The notes: a model not told the origin generated them from the sequence alone. A stretch of DNA of 64,000 nucleotides from Thermoplasmata archaeon (GCA_035504595.1 DATJRQ010000008.1:28065-92064), one strand, 5' to 3'. Numbered from the stretch's first letter, positions 16,238 to 26,656 are shown. Program-made: numbers and translations.

Positions 16238-19189
16238 ATGGCGCCGGAGGAAGAGACGACGGGGGCCCCGGCCCCCGCGGAGGTCCAGCGCACCGTCCTA
16301 CGGTACTGGGACGCCACCGGGGTGCCCGCGAAGTCATACTACGGCTCGCCCGAGGGCCCCGTTTTTCGGTTCACCGAGGGACCGCCCGGCGTCAACGGTC
16401 CGCCGCATCTCGGCCACGTCGAGCCGCGGGTGCTGAAGGACCTCCAGCTCCGGTACCGCCGGATGCGGGGCCACCGCATCGTGAGCGCGATGGCGGGCTG
16501 GGACTGCCAGGGTCTCCCCGTGGAGATCGAGGTCGAGAAGAAGAACGGCCTCAAGTCGCGCAAGGACATCGAGGCGTTCGGCATCGCCCAGTTCTGCGAC
16601 GAGTGCCGCTCGATCGCGCTCCAGTACGCCGCCTCGTGGCAGGAGATGAGCCGCCGGATGGGGTACTGGCTCGACTACGAGCACCCGTACCGCACGATGG
16701 ATGCACCGTACATCGAGAGCGTCTGGTGGTCGTTGAAGACGCTGTTCGAGCGCGGCCTGCTCGAGAAGGGCCACTACGTGCTTCCGTACTGCCCCCGGTG
16801 CGAAACGACGCTCTCGTCCCACGAGGTGGCGCAGGGGTACCGGGACGCGACGGACCCGTCCGTCACCATCCGCCTGCCGCTGGAAGGCGACCTCTGGGAC
16901 CTCCTCGTCTGGACCACGACCCCCTGGACGCTCCCGGCCAACCTCCTGGTCGCGGCCCGGTCCGACCTCGAGTACTCTCTCGTGCATACCGGAGAAGGGA
17001 ACGACGTGCTGCTCGCGTCCGCCGCGCTCCCCCGGTACTTTCCGAAGGGGGCGGAGGTCCGAGCCCGCCTGACCGGCGCCGAGCTCGCGGGCCGAGCGTA
17101 TCGCCCCCCGTTCGACGCGGCCGGGCCCGGACCCGGCCGCTTCCGCATCGTCCTCGACGATTTTGTCACCGCGGAGGAGGGGACCGGTTTCGTCCACGTG
17201 GCCCCGAGCTTCGGTCCGGACGACTACCGGGTCGGCTCGCGCGAGAAGGTCGGCGTGTTCGACCCGCTCGACAGCCGCGCCGCGTTCACGGACGTCGTGC
17301 CGCTCGTCCGGGGCAAGGGGTTCAAGGCGGCCGACCCGATCCTGACCAAAGACCTCGCGGAGCGGGGCCTCCTCTTCCGCTCCGAAACGCTGCGCCACAC
17401 CTACCCGTTCTGCTGGCGGTGCGACCACGCGCTCCTCTACCGGGCGATCGATTCGTGGTTCGTCCGAACGTCGCGGATCACCGAGGCGCTCGTCCGGAAC
17501 AACCGGGCGACCACGTGGATCCCGGGGTATCTGCGCGACGGTCGGTTCGGCAACTTCCTCGCGGAGGCGAAGGACTGGGCCCTGTCGCGGAGCCGGTACT
17601 GGGGGACCCCGCTCCCGGTGTGGATCTGCCCGGACGGCCACCCGACGTGCGTGGGGAGCTTCTCCGAGCTCGCGGAGCGCTCGGGAGCGCCGCTCCCCGA
17701 GCCGTTCGACCCCCACCGCGTGACCGTCGACCGCATCTCCGTGCGATGCACGACGTGCGGGCAGGAGAGCCGACGCGAACCGTACACGGTCGACGTCTGG
17801 TACGACGCCGGCTCCGCCCCGTTCGCCCAGTTCCACTACCCGTTCGAGCCGGGGCCGTTCGACCCCGCGGCGCCGCTCGATTACGTCAGCGAAGCGATCG
17901 ACCAGACCCGTGGCTGGTACTACACGCTCCTGGTGATCTCGACCGCGGTGTTCGACCGGCCCGCGTTCCGCGCGAACCTGACCTGTGAATTCCTGCTCGG
18001 AGAGGGCGGCCAGAAGATGTCCAAGTCGAAGGGGAAGGTCCTCGAGCCGCTCGCGATCCTGGACGAGGTCGGAGGGGACACCATCCGCTGGCTCTTCCTC
18101 TCGCAGGACTTCACCGCGCCGATCCGCGTCGGCGAGACCACGATCCGCAAGGGCGAGCACCGCACCCTCGGGGCGCTGCGCAACGTGGTCGCGTTCCATC
18201 GGGACAACGCCCGCGCCGACCGCCTGGCCCCGGTGGTCACGACCCCGCCGGCGCGCGGACTTCTCGACCGCTGGCTCCTATCGCGACTCGAAGCGACCCG
18301 CCGGGACGTGACCACAGCGCTCGAGGCGTTCGACCCGCGCCCCGCCGCATCCTCGATCCGCGAGTTCGTGGACGACCTCTCCACCTGGTACCTGCGCCGC
18401 TCGCGTCCCCGATTCTGGCTCGAGGGGGACCGGCCCGAACGGCGCGAGGCGCACGCGACCCTCTCCTACACCCTCGAGTCGCTCTCCCTCGTGCTGGCGC
18501 CCCTGGTGCCGTTCACGGCCGAGTGGGTGCACCAGGAGGTGACGGACGCGGGTTTTTCCGACGCGGCCGCCTCCGTCCACCTCGCTCCGTGGCCGAACTG
18601 GTTCGCGGAGCGCGACCTCCCGCTCGAGGAAGGGATGCGCGAGCTCCGGGCGCTCGTCGAGGTGGGGCGGGAGCTTCGGCAAAGGGCGGGCGTGAAATCC
18701 CGGATCCCGCTCGCCGAGCTCGTGCTGTTCGGCCACGCACCACCCGTGCTCGCAGCCCTCGGGACGGAGGGGGAAGCGCTGCTGGCGGAGGAGTTGAACG
18801 TGAAGCGCGTCGTCCGCGTGCCGTCCGCCGAGCGGGCCAACTACCCGGAGACGGCGTGGACGATCCGGGAGGAGGAGGGAACGCCGATCGCCGCGATCCC
18901 GCGTCGCCCGTCGCCGGAGCTCCTCGAGGAGGGCCTCGCCCGGGAGGTCGCGCGTCGCCTCCAGCAGACGCGCAAGGAACTCGGACTCCGCTACCTGGAC
19001 GGGGTCGCGATCACCGTCAGCGCCCCGCGCGAACTCGCGGCCGCGCTCCGGGCGCGGCAGGCGACCCTCGCCCAGGACCTGATCGCCGACCCGTTCACGA
19101 TCGTCGAAGAACCCCTCCCGCCGGGGGCGGACGTCCGCACCTGGGAGCTGGACGGCGTCACCTTCGCCGCGCGGGTCGTGCGACGTTAG
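16238..19189 (+). CDS. ileS: Isoleucine--tRNA ligase
   Basis: ATG at 16238 inside ORF 16145..19189. HIGH-type motif PPHLGH, GWDCQGLPVE, KMSKS, and a CP1 editing region with WTTTPWTLPAN. Confidence 0.95.
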   Translation: MAPEEETTGAPAPAEVQRTVLRYWDATGVPAKSYYGSPEGPVFRFTEGPPGVNGPPHLGHVEPRVLKDLQLRYRRMRGHRIVSAMAGWDCQGLPVEIEVEKKNGLKSRKDIEAFGIAQFCDECRSIALQYAASWQEMSRRMGYWLDYEHPYRTMDAPYIESVWWSLKTLFERGLLEKGHYVLPYCPRCETTLSSHEVAQGYRDATDPSVTIRLPLEGDLWDLLVWTTTPWTLPANLLVAARSDLEYSLVHTGEGNDVLLASAALPRYFPKGAEVRARLTGAELAGRAYRPPFDAAGPGPGRFRIVLDDFVTAEEGTGFVHVAPSFGPDDYRVGSREKVGVFDPLDSRAAFTDVVPLVRGKGFKAADPILTKDLAERGLLFRSETLRHTYPFCWRCDHALLYRAIDSWFVRTSRITEALVRNNRATTWIPGYLRDGRFGNFLAEAKDWALSRSRYWGTPLPVWICPDGHPTCVGSFSELAERSGAPLPEPFDPHRVTVDRISVRCTTCGQESRREPYTVDVWYDAGSAPFAQFHYPFEPGPFDPAAPLDYVSEAIDQTRGWYYTLLVISTAVFDRPAFRANLTCEFLLGEGGQKMSKSKGKVLEPLAILDEVGGDTIRWLFLSQDFTAPIRVGETTIRKGEHRTLGALRNVVAFHRDNARADRLAPVVTTPPARGLLDRWLLSRLEATRRDVTTALEAFDPRPAASSIREFVDDLSTWYLRRSRPRFWLEGDRPERREAHATLSYTLESLSLVLAPLVPFTAEWVHQEVTDAGFSDAAASVHLAPWPNWFAERDLPLEEGMRELRALVEVGRELRQRAGVKSRIPLAELVLFGHAPPVLAALGTEGEALLAEELNVKRVVRVPSAERANYPETAWTIREEEGTPIAAIPRRPSPELLEEGLAREVARRLQQTRKELGLRYLDGVAITVSAPRELAAALRARQATLAQDLIADPFTIVEEPLPPGADVRTWELDGVTFAARVVRR

Positions 19190-19800
19190 GGCGTCGCGCG
19201 AACGACCGGACCGCCCGGGAACTTCTCGGCGAAAACGTCCGCCTCGAACCGTCGGACCCGCACTCGCGGGTCCTTCCACGCGTGGGGGGGTAGGCCGGCC
19301 TTCTCGCAGGTCCCCTCGAGCAGCTGCTCGGAGTTCCACCCCTGCTCGGGGGCGACCTGAGGAAGGAGGAGGCCGCTGGTTCCGAAGCCGTCCACGATGA
19401 GTCCGTCCCGACCGACCCGGACCTCTCGCAGCAACGACTCGGGCTGACGCGAGGTCACCGGAACCGGCACGGTCAGCACTGACACCTCGAGCGAGAGCGT
19501 CGCGAGCTCGGCGGCGCGAACGGGCGGGAACCGGGGGTCCTCGGTGGCCGCGGCGACCGCGGCCTCCCGGATCGCCCGCCCGAGCGGATGGGTCGGCAGC
19601 GGGAACCCGATGCAGCCGCGCAGCTCTCCGCCCGGGTGACGGCGCAGCGTCACGAACGCACCGCGCGGTTCCTCGAACACTTCGGGGAGCGCGCCGCTCT
19701 CGATGGGCCGGCCGCGCGACGGGCCGCTCGAACCGAGAGCGGCGACGAGACTCTCTCGCGCGAGACCGACAGCGCGGGCCCCCTCCTCGTCCGAGAGCAT
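19186..19800 (-). CDS. AMMECR1 domain protein
   Basis: GAFVTL....LRGCIGF and DGLIV....GLLLPQV motifs. Convergent 4-nt overlap with ileS. Confidence 0.88.
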   Translation of the reverse strand: MLSDEEGARAVGLARESLVAALGSSGPSRGRPIESGALPEVFEEPRGAFVTLRRHPGGELRGCIGFPLPTHPLGRAIREAAVAAATEDPRFPPVRAAELATLSLEVSVLTVPVPVTSRQPESLLREVRVGRDGLIVDGFGTSGLLLPQVAPEQGWNSEQLLEGTCEKAGLPPHAWKDPRVRVRRFEADVFAEKFPGGPVVRATP

Positions 19801-19855
19801 CGCCCACCGACCGGGACGGGACGGAAAGGGGCTTCGGCGGCGCGGCCGGGGCAGG

Positions 19856-19863
19856 TTTTATAC
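19856..19863 (+). promoter_or_regulatory. TATA box (TTTTATAC) for the L40e gene; leaderless geometry
   Basis: The element ends 26 nt before the ATG at 19889. Confidence 0.5.
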
Positions 19864-19888
19864 GCGACGGACGGTCCCCGCGGGTCCC

Positions 19889-20041
19889 ATGCCGTTCCCC
19901 GAGGCGGTCGAGCGCCTGCTCAACAAGAAGATCTGCATGAACTGCTCGGCCCGGAACCCTCCCAAGGCGGTCCAGTGCCGCAAGTGCGGCTACAAGGGAC
20001 TCCGCGTGAAATCGCGGGAACGGTCGGGGAAGACCCAGTAG
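19889..20041 (+). CDS. rpl40e: 50S ribosomal protein L40e
   Basis: The 50-aa product [42 protein letters not shown].. has the L40e zinc-ribbon CxxC..CxxC. Internal ATG of ORF 19703..20041. Confidence 0.92.
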   Translation: MPFPEAVERLLNKKICMNCSARNPPKAVQCRKCGYKGLRVKSRERSGKTQ

Positions 20042-20047
20042 CCCCCT

Positions 20048-20839
20048 TCACGGGGGCGGGGCGGCGTCCGGCCCCTGCGCGAATGGTGTGGGCCGACCGT
20101 GCGTCCCCTCGCGGTGGACCGCGAGCCGCTTCTCGGCCAGGAAGCGGAGGTTGTGGAGCCCGTCCCGCCAGCTCGACAGCTTCGGCCGACCCCACCGCTC
20201 GCCGTACCGGATCGGTACCTCGACCACGCGAAGCCCACGGAGGATCGCCTCGACCTTGAGCTCCTCGCTGAACGCCATGCTGTCCTCCTCGACATGGACA
20301 CGCGAGAGGATCTCCCGGCGGAACAGCCAGAACCCGCTCTGACTGTCCGCGAGCCGCCCTCCCGGGAGCTCCTTCATCCAGTGGTGGTACGCGAGGTTCG
20401 CGAGCACGTTGAGCATCCGGTTGCCGATCCGGTGCTCCGTTGTCATCGCCTTGCGGTCGATGAACGCGAGCCGGTTGCCCGTCAGGAAGTCGATCTTCTC
20501 GCGGTCGACCCGGGCGAGAAGGTCCGGGATCGTTTCGACCGGGTACGTGCCGTCGCCGTCGGTCGTCGCGATGAACTCGCCCCGCGCAGCGGCGAAGCCG
20601 GTCTTGTACGCCCGACCGTATCCTTTGCGGGGTTCGTGGAGGACCCGCGCTCCGTTCGCCTCGGCGATCGCCGCGGTCCCGTCCGTGGACGCGCCGTCCA
20701 CGACGAGGAGTTCCCAATCGACCGGGATCGCCTGGAACGTCGTGGAATTGGCGCGGTCCGCCGCGGCCCGGAACGTGGCGAGGACGTGGCCGATCGATTC
20801 GGCCTCGTTCAAGGTCGGGACGATGAGGGTGGCACGCAT
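20048..20839 (-). CDS. Family 2 glycosyltransferase (dolichyl-phosphate sugar synthase-like)
   Basis: VPTLNEAESI, VVDGASTDGT and TTDGDGTYP (DxD). ATG at 20839; an alternative start lies at 20851. Confidence 0.88.
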   Translation of the reverse strand: MRATLIVPTLNEAESIGHVLATFRAAADRANSTTFQAIPVDWELLVVDGASTDGTAAIAEANGARVLHEPRKGYGRAYKTGFAAARGEFIATTDGDGTYPVETIPDLLARVDREKIDFLTGNRLAFIDRKAMTTEHRIGNRMLNVLANLAYHHWMKELPGGRLADSQSGFWLFRREILSRVHVEEDSMAFSEELKVEAILRGLRVVEVPIRYGERWGRPKLSSWRDGLHNLRFLAEKRLAVHREGTHGRPTPFAQGPDAAPPP

Positions 20840-21037
20840 CGGCCCACCCACTAGGGGTCACGGACCGCTTAAGCGCGTCGCGCGCGTCCGAACGGGGGTA
20901 CGAAGACCGCCACCGCTCGTCGCGCCCGCGCCCGGCGCTGGGGACAGTTTCCGACCACCGCGGACGTCGGGATCTGGGCGACCGGACCGACGCCCGCTGC
21001 GCTGTTCGAAGCGCTCGGCCTCGGTCTGTTCGCGCTG

Positions 21038-21346
21038 ATGACGGACCGGAAGAGGGTACGGCCCCAGCTCGAGCGCGCGGTGAGCGCGTCGGGCACCGAC
21101 CCCTCCTCGCTCGTCGTCGCCTACCTCTCCGAGCTCCTGCTGCTCCAGCAGGCCGAGGGATTCATGGCGTGCGAGATACGGGCCCACCCGGTCGGAGACC
21201 CCCCGACCGCGATCGTCGCCAGCGTCTCGGGGGAGAAGTTCGACCCCGTGCGCCACCCGGCCCGCACCGAGGTCAAGGCGATCACCCTCCACGACCTCAC
21301 GATCGACTTCGCCCGGGGGCGAGCGCGCGTGATCGTCGATATCTAG
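21038..21346 (+). CDS. Archease (C-terminal two thirds from the first ATG; homology continues upstream in frame)
   Basis: VKAITLHDLTI and ARVIVDI are the archease C-terminus. The same frame is open from 20873 and encodes ..FPTTADVGIWATGPTPAALFEALGLGLFALM, which is archease N-terminal-like, but it holds no ATG/GTG/TTG. Confidence 0.75.
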   Translation: MTDRKRVRPQLERAVSASGTDPSSLVVAYLSELLLLQQAEGFMACEIRAHPVGDPPTAIVASVSGEKFDPVRHPARTEVKAITLHDLTIDFARGRARVIVDI

Positions 21347-21350
21347 CGCG

Positions 21351-22487
21351 TCACGGCATCCGCTGGACGATCGCGTCGAGCGCCTTTCCGGGCACAGGTA
21401 GCTTCCCCGCCTTGCCCAGGATCCGTTCGAGCGCGGCGAACGTGACGAGGAGGTCCGGCCAGTCGGCGATCCCCATGTGGCCGATCCGGAAGATCTTCCC
21501 GGTGAGCGCGCCCTGGCCCCCCTGCACGAGCACGTTGTACTGCTTCTCGAGCGCCTTCCGAACCTCGGGGTCTCCCAACCCGTTGGGATTCTTGATCGCG
21601 GTGACGGTGTCGGAGGCGTGCCGCTTCTCCGGGAACAGCTCGAGCCCGAGCGCGTCGGTCGCGTTGCGCGCCGCTTCGGCCAGGCGGTGCGTTCGCTCGT
21701 GGCGCTGGTCGAGCCCTTCCTCCTTCAGCAGGAGGAGCGCCTCCCGGAGCGCGAGGAACAGCGGCACGGCCGGCGTCCACGGCGTGTCGTTCTTCTCCAG
21801 CGACTTCACGTGGGCGGCGAGGTCGAGATAGTAGCCTCCCGGGTGGAGCGACGCGAGCGCTCGGTCCGAGAGGTGGACGAGCGCGAGGCCCGCGGGGGCC
21901 GCGAGCCCCTTCTGGCTCCCGGCGACGACCGCGTCGATCCCCCAGCCCGAAATGTCCATTGGGATCCCCGCTACGGCGCTGATCCCGTCGACCAGGAACA
22001 GCGCACCGGACTTTCGGATGGACGGCGCGATCTCGGCGAGGTCGTTCTGCAGGCCGACGCTCGTCTCGTTGTGCACGACGCACACCGCCCCGTACGAGCC
22101 CTTCTCGATCTCGGCGCGGATCGACTCCATCGGGAGCGGCTGGCCCCATGGGGCCGATATCGTGGTCACCTGGCTCGCGTAACGACGGACGATCTGGTCG
22201 CCGCGCTCGCCAAAGTTGCCGTTCGAGAGGACCAGGGCCGGCCGGTCGCGCGGCACCAGGGACGAGTACATCGCCTCGAGGCCGGCGGTGCCGCTCCCCG
22301 AGAGGATCACCTGGTGGCCCTTCGCGCCGAACAGGACGGGCAGGAGCTCCTTGATCTCGGCGACGATCCCGTGGAAGTAATCGCCGCGGTGATTGAGCGA
22401 GGACATCGACATCGCCCGCAGGACCCGCGGATGGATCCGGACCGGCCCGGCGATGAGGAACGTCGTGGTTTCGGGGTCGAACGTCAT
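21351..22487 (-). CDS. Class-V pyridoxal-phosphate aminotransferase (archaeal phosphoserine/serine-glyoxylate aminotransferase type)
   Basis: SGSGTAGLEA, NETSVG and the PLP-lysine motif GSQKGLAAPAG. ATGA overlap with the upstream dehydrogenase gene. Confidence 0.88.
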   Translation of the reverse strand: MTFDPETTTFLIAGPVRIHPRVLRAMSMSSLNHRGDYFHGIVAEIKELLPVLFGAKGHQVILSGSGTAGLEAMYSSLVPRDRPALVLSNGNFGERGDQIVRRYASQVTTISAPWGQPLPMESIRAEIEKGSYGAVCVVHNETSVGLQNDLAEIAPSIRKSGALFLVDGISAVAGIPMDISGWGIDAVVAGSQKGLAAPAGLALVHLSDRALASLHPGGYYLDLAAHVKSLEKNDTPWTPAVPLFLALREALLLLKEEGLDQRHERTHRLAEAARNATDALGLELFPEKRHASDTVTAIKNPNGLGDPEVRKALEKQYNVLVQGGQGALTGKIFRIGHMGIADWPDLLVTFAALERILGKAGKLPVPGKALDAIVQRMP

Positions 22488-23431
22488 GGGGGGACCCCCG
22501 GCGGGGCGACCAGCGACCGGAGCGGCTCGCCCCGGAGCGCCCGCAGCACCTCATCCACGATCTCGGCGCCCGCGCGCCCCTGGCCCTCGCTCGTCATCGC
22601 CCCGATATGGGGGGTGGCGATCAGGTTCGGCATCTCCAACAGTTCGCGGTGCATCGGTGGTTCGACCTCGAAAACGTCCAGCGCGGCGCCGCCGACCCGA
22701 CCGCTCTTGAGCCCCGAGAGGAGGGCGGTCTCATCGACCAGGGGACCGCGCGCGACGTTGACCAGGAACGCACCGGGTTTCATCGCCGCGAACGCGCGGG
22801 CATCGAGCAGGTGCTTGTTGTCGGGGGTGAGGGCGGCGTGGACACTGACGATGTCCGAGCGGCGGAGGAGCTCCTCCCACGGGACCATCTCGGTCCGGTC
22901 CCCGGAGAGTTTCACGTACGGGTCGTAGGCGAGGGTCGACGCCCCGAACGGTTCGAGCCGGCGAGCGACCTCCCGCGCGATCCGCCCGTACCCCACGAAC
23001 CCGACCGTCTTGCCGGCCAGCTCGTGACCGTGGCTGGAGCGCTCCCACTTGCCGCCTTTCGTGGAGAGGATCGCGGGATACAATCCGCGGACGAGCAGCA
23101 GGTACAACGCCATCGAGAGCTCCGCGACGCTCGCGGTCGCCGCCGCCGGGGCGTTCACGACCCGGATCCCGCGTTCGCCCGCGACCTTCATATCGACGTT
23201 GTCGACCCCGACCCCCGCCCGCGCGATCAGCTGCAGGTGCGGCGCCGCGGCCAGAAGGTTCGCGTTCACCTTCGTTCGGCTCCGGACGATCAGCGCCCAC
23301 GCCGTTCCGAGGTGTTCGTTCAGCGAAGTCGGGTCGGCGCTGGCGTCGACCACCTGGCACGGGCCGGCGCGCAGCCGTTCGACCGCGGCCGCGTCGATCG
23401 GGTCAGCCACGACCACGATCGGCGCCGCCAT
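22484..23431 (-). CDS. serA: D-3-phosphoglycerate dehydrogenase-type 2-hydroxyacid dehydrogenase
   Basis: ATG at 23431 inside ORF 22484..23530. NAD motif GFVGYGRIAREVA plus NVARGPLVDE and TPHIGA. The serA assignment rests on coupling to the aminotransferase. Confidence 0.85.
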   Translation of the reverse strand: MAAPIVVVADPIDAAAVERLRAGPCQVVDASADPTSLNEHLGTAWALIVRSRTKVNANLLAAAPHLQLIARAGVGVDNVDMKVAGERGIRVVNAPAAATASVAELSMALYLLLVRGLYPAILSTKGGKWERSSHGHELAGKTVGFVGYGRIAREVARRLEPFGASTLAYDPYVKLSGDRTEMVPWEELLRRSDIVSVHAALTPDNKHLLDARAFAAMKPGAFLVNVARGPLVDETALLSGLKSGRVGGAALDVFEVEPPMHRELLEMPNLIATPHIGAMTSEGQGRAGAEIVDEVLRALRGEPLRSLVAPPGVPP

Positions 23432-23691
23432 GGTGCGGGCGACCTCGGTCGGGATGAAAACGGTTCGCCCCCGGGTCGCCCCCGAGCGGACCGAATTTCC
23501 AGCCGTGCCCCCACGAGTCCGGGGTGACACCGGGGGACACTCCGGGGGCAGTCGGCTCGGACCGCTGCCCGACCTCCCACCGAGCGCCGGGTCCCGGGAC
23601 GCTCGACCCGGACGGCGGGCCGCCGGCCGTTGTCGGATTCTCTTCGACCCGAAGGTTTTTGGAGGAGCAACCGCGACGTGCGCCGTTGCCT

Positions 23692-23904
23692 ATGACCGAC
23701 GAGGACGAACGCCCCCGATTCCGAGAACACCTGCACGAGATGCGCTCGGCCATGGGAGGAATGGGCCGGGATGTGGAGACGAGCGTCGCCGACGCGCCCC
23801 ACCGGGCGAAGGAAGGGACGAAGAACGCGCTGGCTCGTGCCGCGGGGATCCGGCGGGCCCCGCTCGAGGAGTGGAGCGAGCCGGGTTCGACCGAGTCGAA
23901 GTAG
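23692..23904 (+). CDS. Hypothetical small charged protein (70 aa)
   Basis: Internal ATG of ORF 23524..23904. The T-rich element GGTTTTTGG sits about 30 nt upstream. No family recognised. Confidence 0.4.
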   Translation: MTDEDERPRFREHLHEMRSAMGGMGRDVETSVADAPHRAKEGTKNALARAAGIRRAPLEEWSEPGSTESK

Positions 23905-24000
23905 TCGCGCTCGCCGCCCGGACGGTGCGTTCCCAGCGACCGTTCCACGACCCCACCATCGGGTGATACCCCGCGTCGGCGTGGAGCCTGAGGGGTCACC

Positions 24001-24441
24001 ATGGACACCTTTGTAGAGCGGGACGAGGTCGAAGTACTCCGCGTGTTGGCGGACTGGACGGGCGGCGGTCCGGCGGAGGCGATGCATCGGTTGGAGGCGA
24101 GATTGCCCTCCCTGAAGGGCCGAAGATTCTACGGGACGTTTCGGATGCTCCCGACGGGCGAGGAGTACTACGCGTGCGTGGAACGTGTAGAGTCCGACGA
24201 CCCGGCGCAGATGGGCCTCGAGACGGGCACAATCCCCGGTGGGCTGTATCTTCGAAGGAAGCTGTCCGATTGGCAGAAAGTGATCGCGGAGGGGAAGCTC
24301 GGGGAGCAGTTTGAGGAGATGCTCCGTACCTGTCACCCGGATCGGTCCCGACCGTCGATCGAATTCTACCGAAGCATGGCCGAGATGCACCTTCTGGAGC
24401 CGGTCCTTAACCGCGAGTCGGTTCCCCGCCCGCCGTCCTGA
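24001..24441 (+). CDS. GyrI-like small-molecule-binding domain protein
   Basis: The pattern RFYG....(E)YYACVE......G....IPGGLY......G and the overall length fit the GyrI-like/SOUL fold. Tentative. Confidence 0.6.
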   Translation: MDTFVERDEVEVLRVLADWTGGGPAEAMHRLEARLPSLKGRRFYGTFRMLPTGEEYYACVERVESDDPAQMGLETGTIPGGLYLRRKLSDWQKVIAEGKLGEQFEEMLRTCHPDRSRPSIEFYRSMAEMHLLEPVLNRESVPRPPS

Positions 24442-25618
24442 CCCGGATCCGTCCCCGAGCCGCCGCCGGAGCGACCGCCGTTCGACCGCGGAACGGACGC
24501 ATCGTCCGGCGGGAGGTGAAATCCTCCGGCCCGAGCAACGCGTCGAGGTGCGGCAACGCCCGGGTCAGCGCCCCCACGCGCGGTTCGAACCCCGGGCGTC
24601 GAGTGTACGGGGTCACCCAGACGATCCGGTCGACGCGATGCCGGAGGCGCCCCAGCACCTCCGCGGCCGTGTCCGCGTCCCCCAGGTCCCATCCGTCGCT
24701 CAGGAGCACCAGCGTCGTCCGATCCCCGATCGACCCGCCGAAACGCGCCTCGAACTCTTCGAGCGAACGACCGATGCGGGTACCGCCGTCCGTTCGGGCG
24801 AGACGAGCTCCGACGACCTGGGTAGCGCGCCGGTACCGGAAGCGGCGCACGTCCGGTGTGATCTCCTCGACCCGGGTGCTGAAGGCGAACACGCGGGCCG
24901 GCCGCGACACCGCCGCCAGCTCGTGAGCGAGGGCGAAGAACTGGCTCTCGTGCTCGCGCATCGACCCGCTCACGTCCCAGAGGACCACGAAATGGGCCCG
25001 GGACGTGCGCGGGCGCTCCCGTGCGAAATCGATGACCTCCCCGCCGTGGCGGAGGGCGCGGCGGATCGTCGCCCGCAACTCGATCGAACCGTGCACCGAC
25101 CGCTCCCGGCGCCGGCCCGGCGCGGTCGCGCATTCGCGCCGGAATCGACGCGCCCCCCGGCGATAGGCCCGCATCTCGGGCTCGGTCAGGACGGCGATCG
25201 AGTGGGACGCGCTGGGCGCCGCAGCGCTGTACGTGCCGATCGGGACCGCCACCGGCGGGCGGTCCTCTTCGGGCGCGGGCGGCGCGCGACGCCGGGGCCG
25301 GGAGCGCGCGTCGCGCGCGGGCCTTAGCGCCGCAGTATCCGCGCCGGACCACGGCACGGGAATGGCGTCCCCCGCCCCGCGCCAGAATCGGTCGAACACG
25401 GAGCTGACGGTCGCCCACTCGTCGGGGGAACGGGCGAGGGTCGCGCCGCACGCCGAGCGGAACTGCTCGGGGTCGAGCAGGTCGATCGCGGACGTCGCCC
25501 GGCCGAGGTCGAGCTCCGCCTCCAGGCCCACCGGGACTCCGGCCGCGCGCACCGCATCGCAGAACCCTGACAAGCGCCCGGTCCAGACGGCCCGGAACGA
25601 CCAGGGGCCGTCCGCCAC
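24407..25618 (-). CDS. coxE: VWA domain protein, CoxE family (CODH maturation)
   Basis: FVVLWDVSGSM (MIDAS DxSxS) and LVLLSDGWD. GTG start 5 nt after the coxD stop. Confidence 0.85.
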   Translation of the reverse strand: MADGPWSFRAVWTGRLSGFCDAVRAAGVPVGLEAELDLGRATSAIDLLDPEQFRSACGATLARSPDEWATVSSVFDRFWRGAGDAIPVPWSGADTAALRPARDARSRPRRRAPPAPEEDRPPVAVPIGTYSAAAPSASHSIAVLTEPEMRAYRRGARRFRRECATAPGRRRERSVHGSIELRATIRRALRHGGEVIDFARERPRTSRAHFVVLWDVSGSMREHESQFFALAHELAAVSRPARVFAFSTRVEEITPDVRRFRYRRATQVVGARLARTDGGTRIGRSLEEFEARFGGSIGDRTTLVLLSDGWDLGDADTAAEVLGRLRHRVDRIVWVTPYTRRPGFEPRVGALTRALPHLDALLGPEDFTSRRTMRPFRGRTAVAPAAARGRIRVRTAGGEPTRG

Positions 25619-25622
25619 CGGA

Positions 25623-26507
25623 CTACCCCTCCGGCTCCGCGAGCCGCTGCTCCCGGAGATATCGAAGGTCCTCGGCGTCCTTCACGAGGAAGCCCAGCGT
25701 CGTCGCGATCGTCTCCGCGTCGACCCCGGTCCGGTGCAGGGCGAGGAGGGCGGCGGCCCAGTCGAGCGTCTCGGCGACCCCGGGCCGGCGCGATAGCTCC
25801 GGCTCCTGTCGCACCCGTTGTACGTACGCCGCGATCTGTCGGGCGAACTCCTCGCCGAGTTCGGGGAGTCGGGTGCGCAGGATCGCGGTCTCCTTCGCGA
25901 GGTCGGGATACTCCACGTAGGCGTACAGGCACCGTCGCTTCAGCGCATCGCTGAGCTCGCGGGTCCGGTTCGAGGTGATGACCACGAACGGGATCTGCTT
26001 CGCCCGAATCGTTCCCAGCTCAGGGATCGTCACCTGGAAGTCCGACAGAACCTCGAGGAGCAACCCTTCGAACTCCTCGTCCGCGCGATCGACCTCATCG
26101 ATCAGCAGCACGGGGCGGGGACCGGACCCCCCGTCCAGGGCGCGGAGCAGGGGCCGCCGGAGCAGGAATCGCTCGCTGAACACCTCGCGCTCGAGCCCCT
26201 CGCGCGCCGTGTCCTTCTCGTGCATCCGGATGGTGAGGAGCTGTCGGGGGTAGTCCCAGTCGTACAGCGCCGACCGGGCGTCCAGCCCCTCAAAGCACTG
26301 CAGCCGGATCAGTTCGGCGCCGGTCCCGTTCGCGAGGGCCTTGGCGACCTCGGTCTTGCCGCAGCCGGGCTCGCCCTCGATCAAGAGTGGTTTCCCCAAC
26401 CGGCCGCACAGATAGACGGCCATGGTCAGGGGCGGGTCCGCCAGGTACTGCTGGCCCCGCAGCAGCTCGTCCACGTCCCGGGGCGAGTTCCATCCGACGT
26501 CGCTCAT
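25623..26507 (-). CDS. coxD: MoxR-type AAA+ ATPase, CoxD family (CODH maturation)
   Basis: Walker A GEPGCGKTE, Walker B VLLIDEVDRA, sensor region ITSNRTRELSDALKRRC. Confidence 0.9.
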   Translation of the reverse strand: MSDVGWNSPRDVDELLRGQQYLADPPLTMAVYLCGRLGKPLLIEGEPGCGKTEVAKALANGTGAELIRLQCFEGLDARSALYDWDYPRQLLTIRMHEKDTAREGLEREVFSERFLLRRPLLRALDGGSGPRPVLLIDEVDRADEEFEGLLLEVLSDFQVTIPELGTIRAKQIPFVVITSNRTRELSDALKRRCLYAYVEYPDLAKETAILRTRLPELGEEFARQIAAYVQRVRQEPELSRRPGVAETLDWAAALLALHRTGVDAETIATTLGFLVKDAEDLRYLREQRLAEPEG

Positions 26508-26656
26508 CGTGGGCGGGGCCTCCGAGCTTCCGTGCCGTCCCCACCCCGCCGGTCGGAATGAACGTTTCCGCGCCGCGGGCGGCGCGCACGAACCGCCGGA
26601 ACCCGTCGGAGCGGCTCCACAATCGTAAATTCCCCCTCCGTCCCATGGGGAACCGG

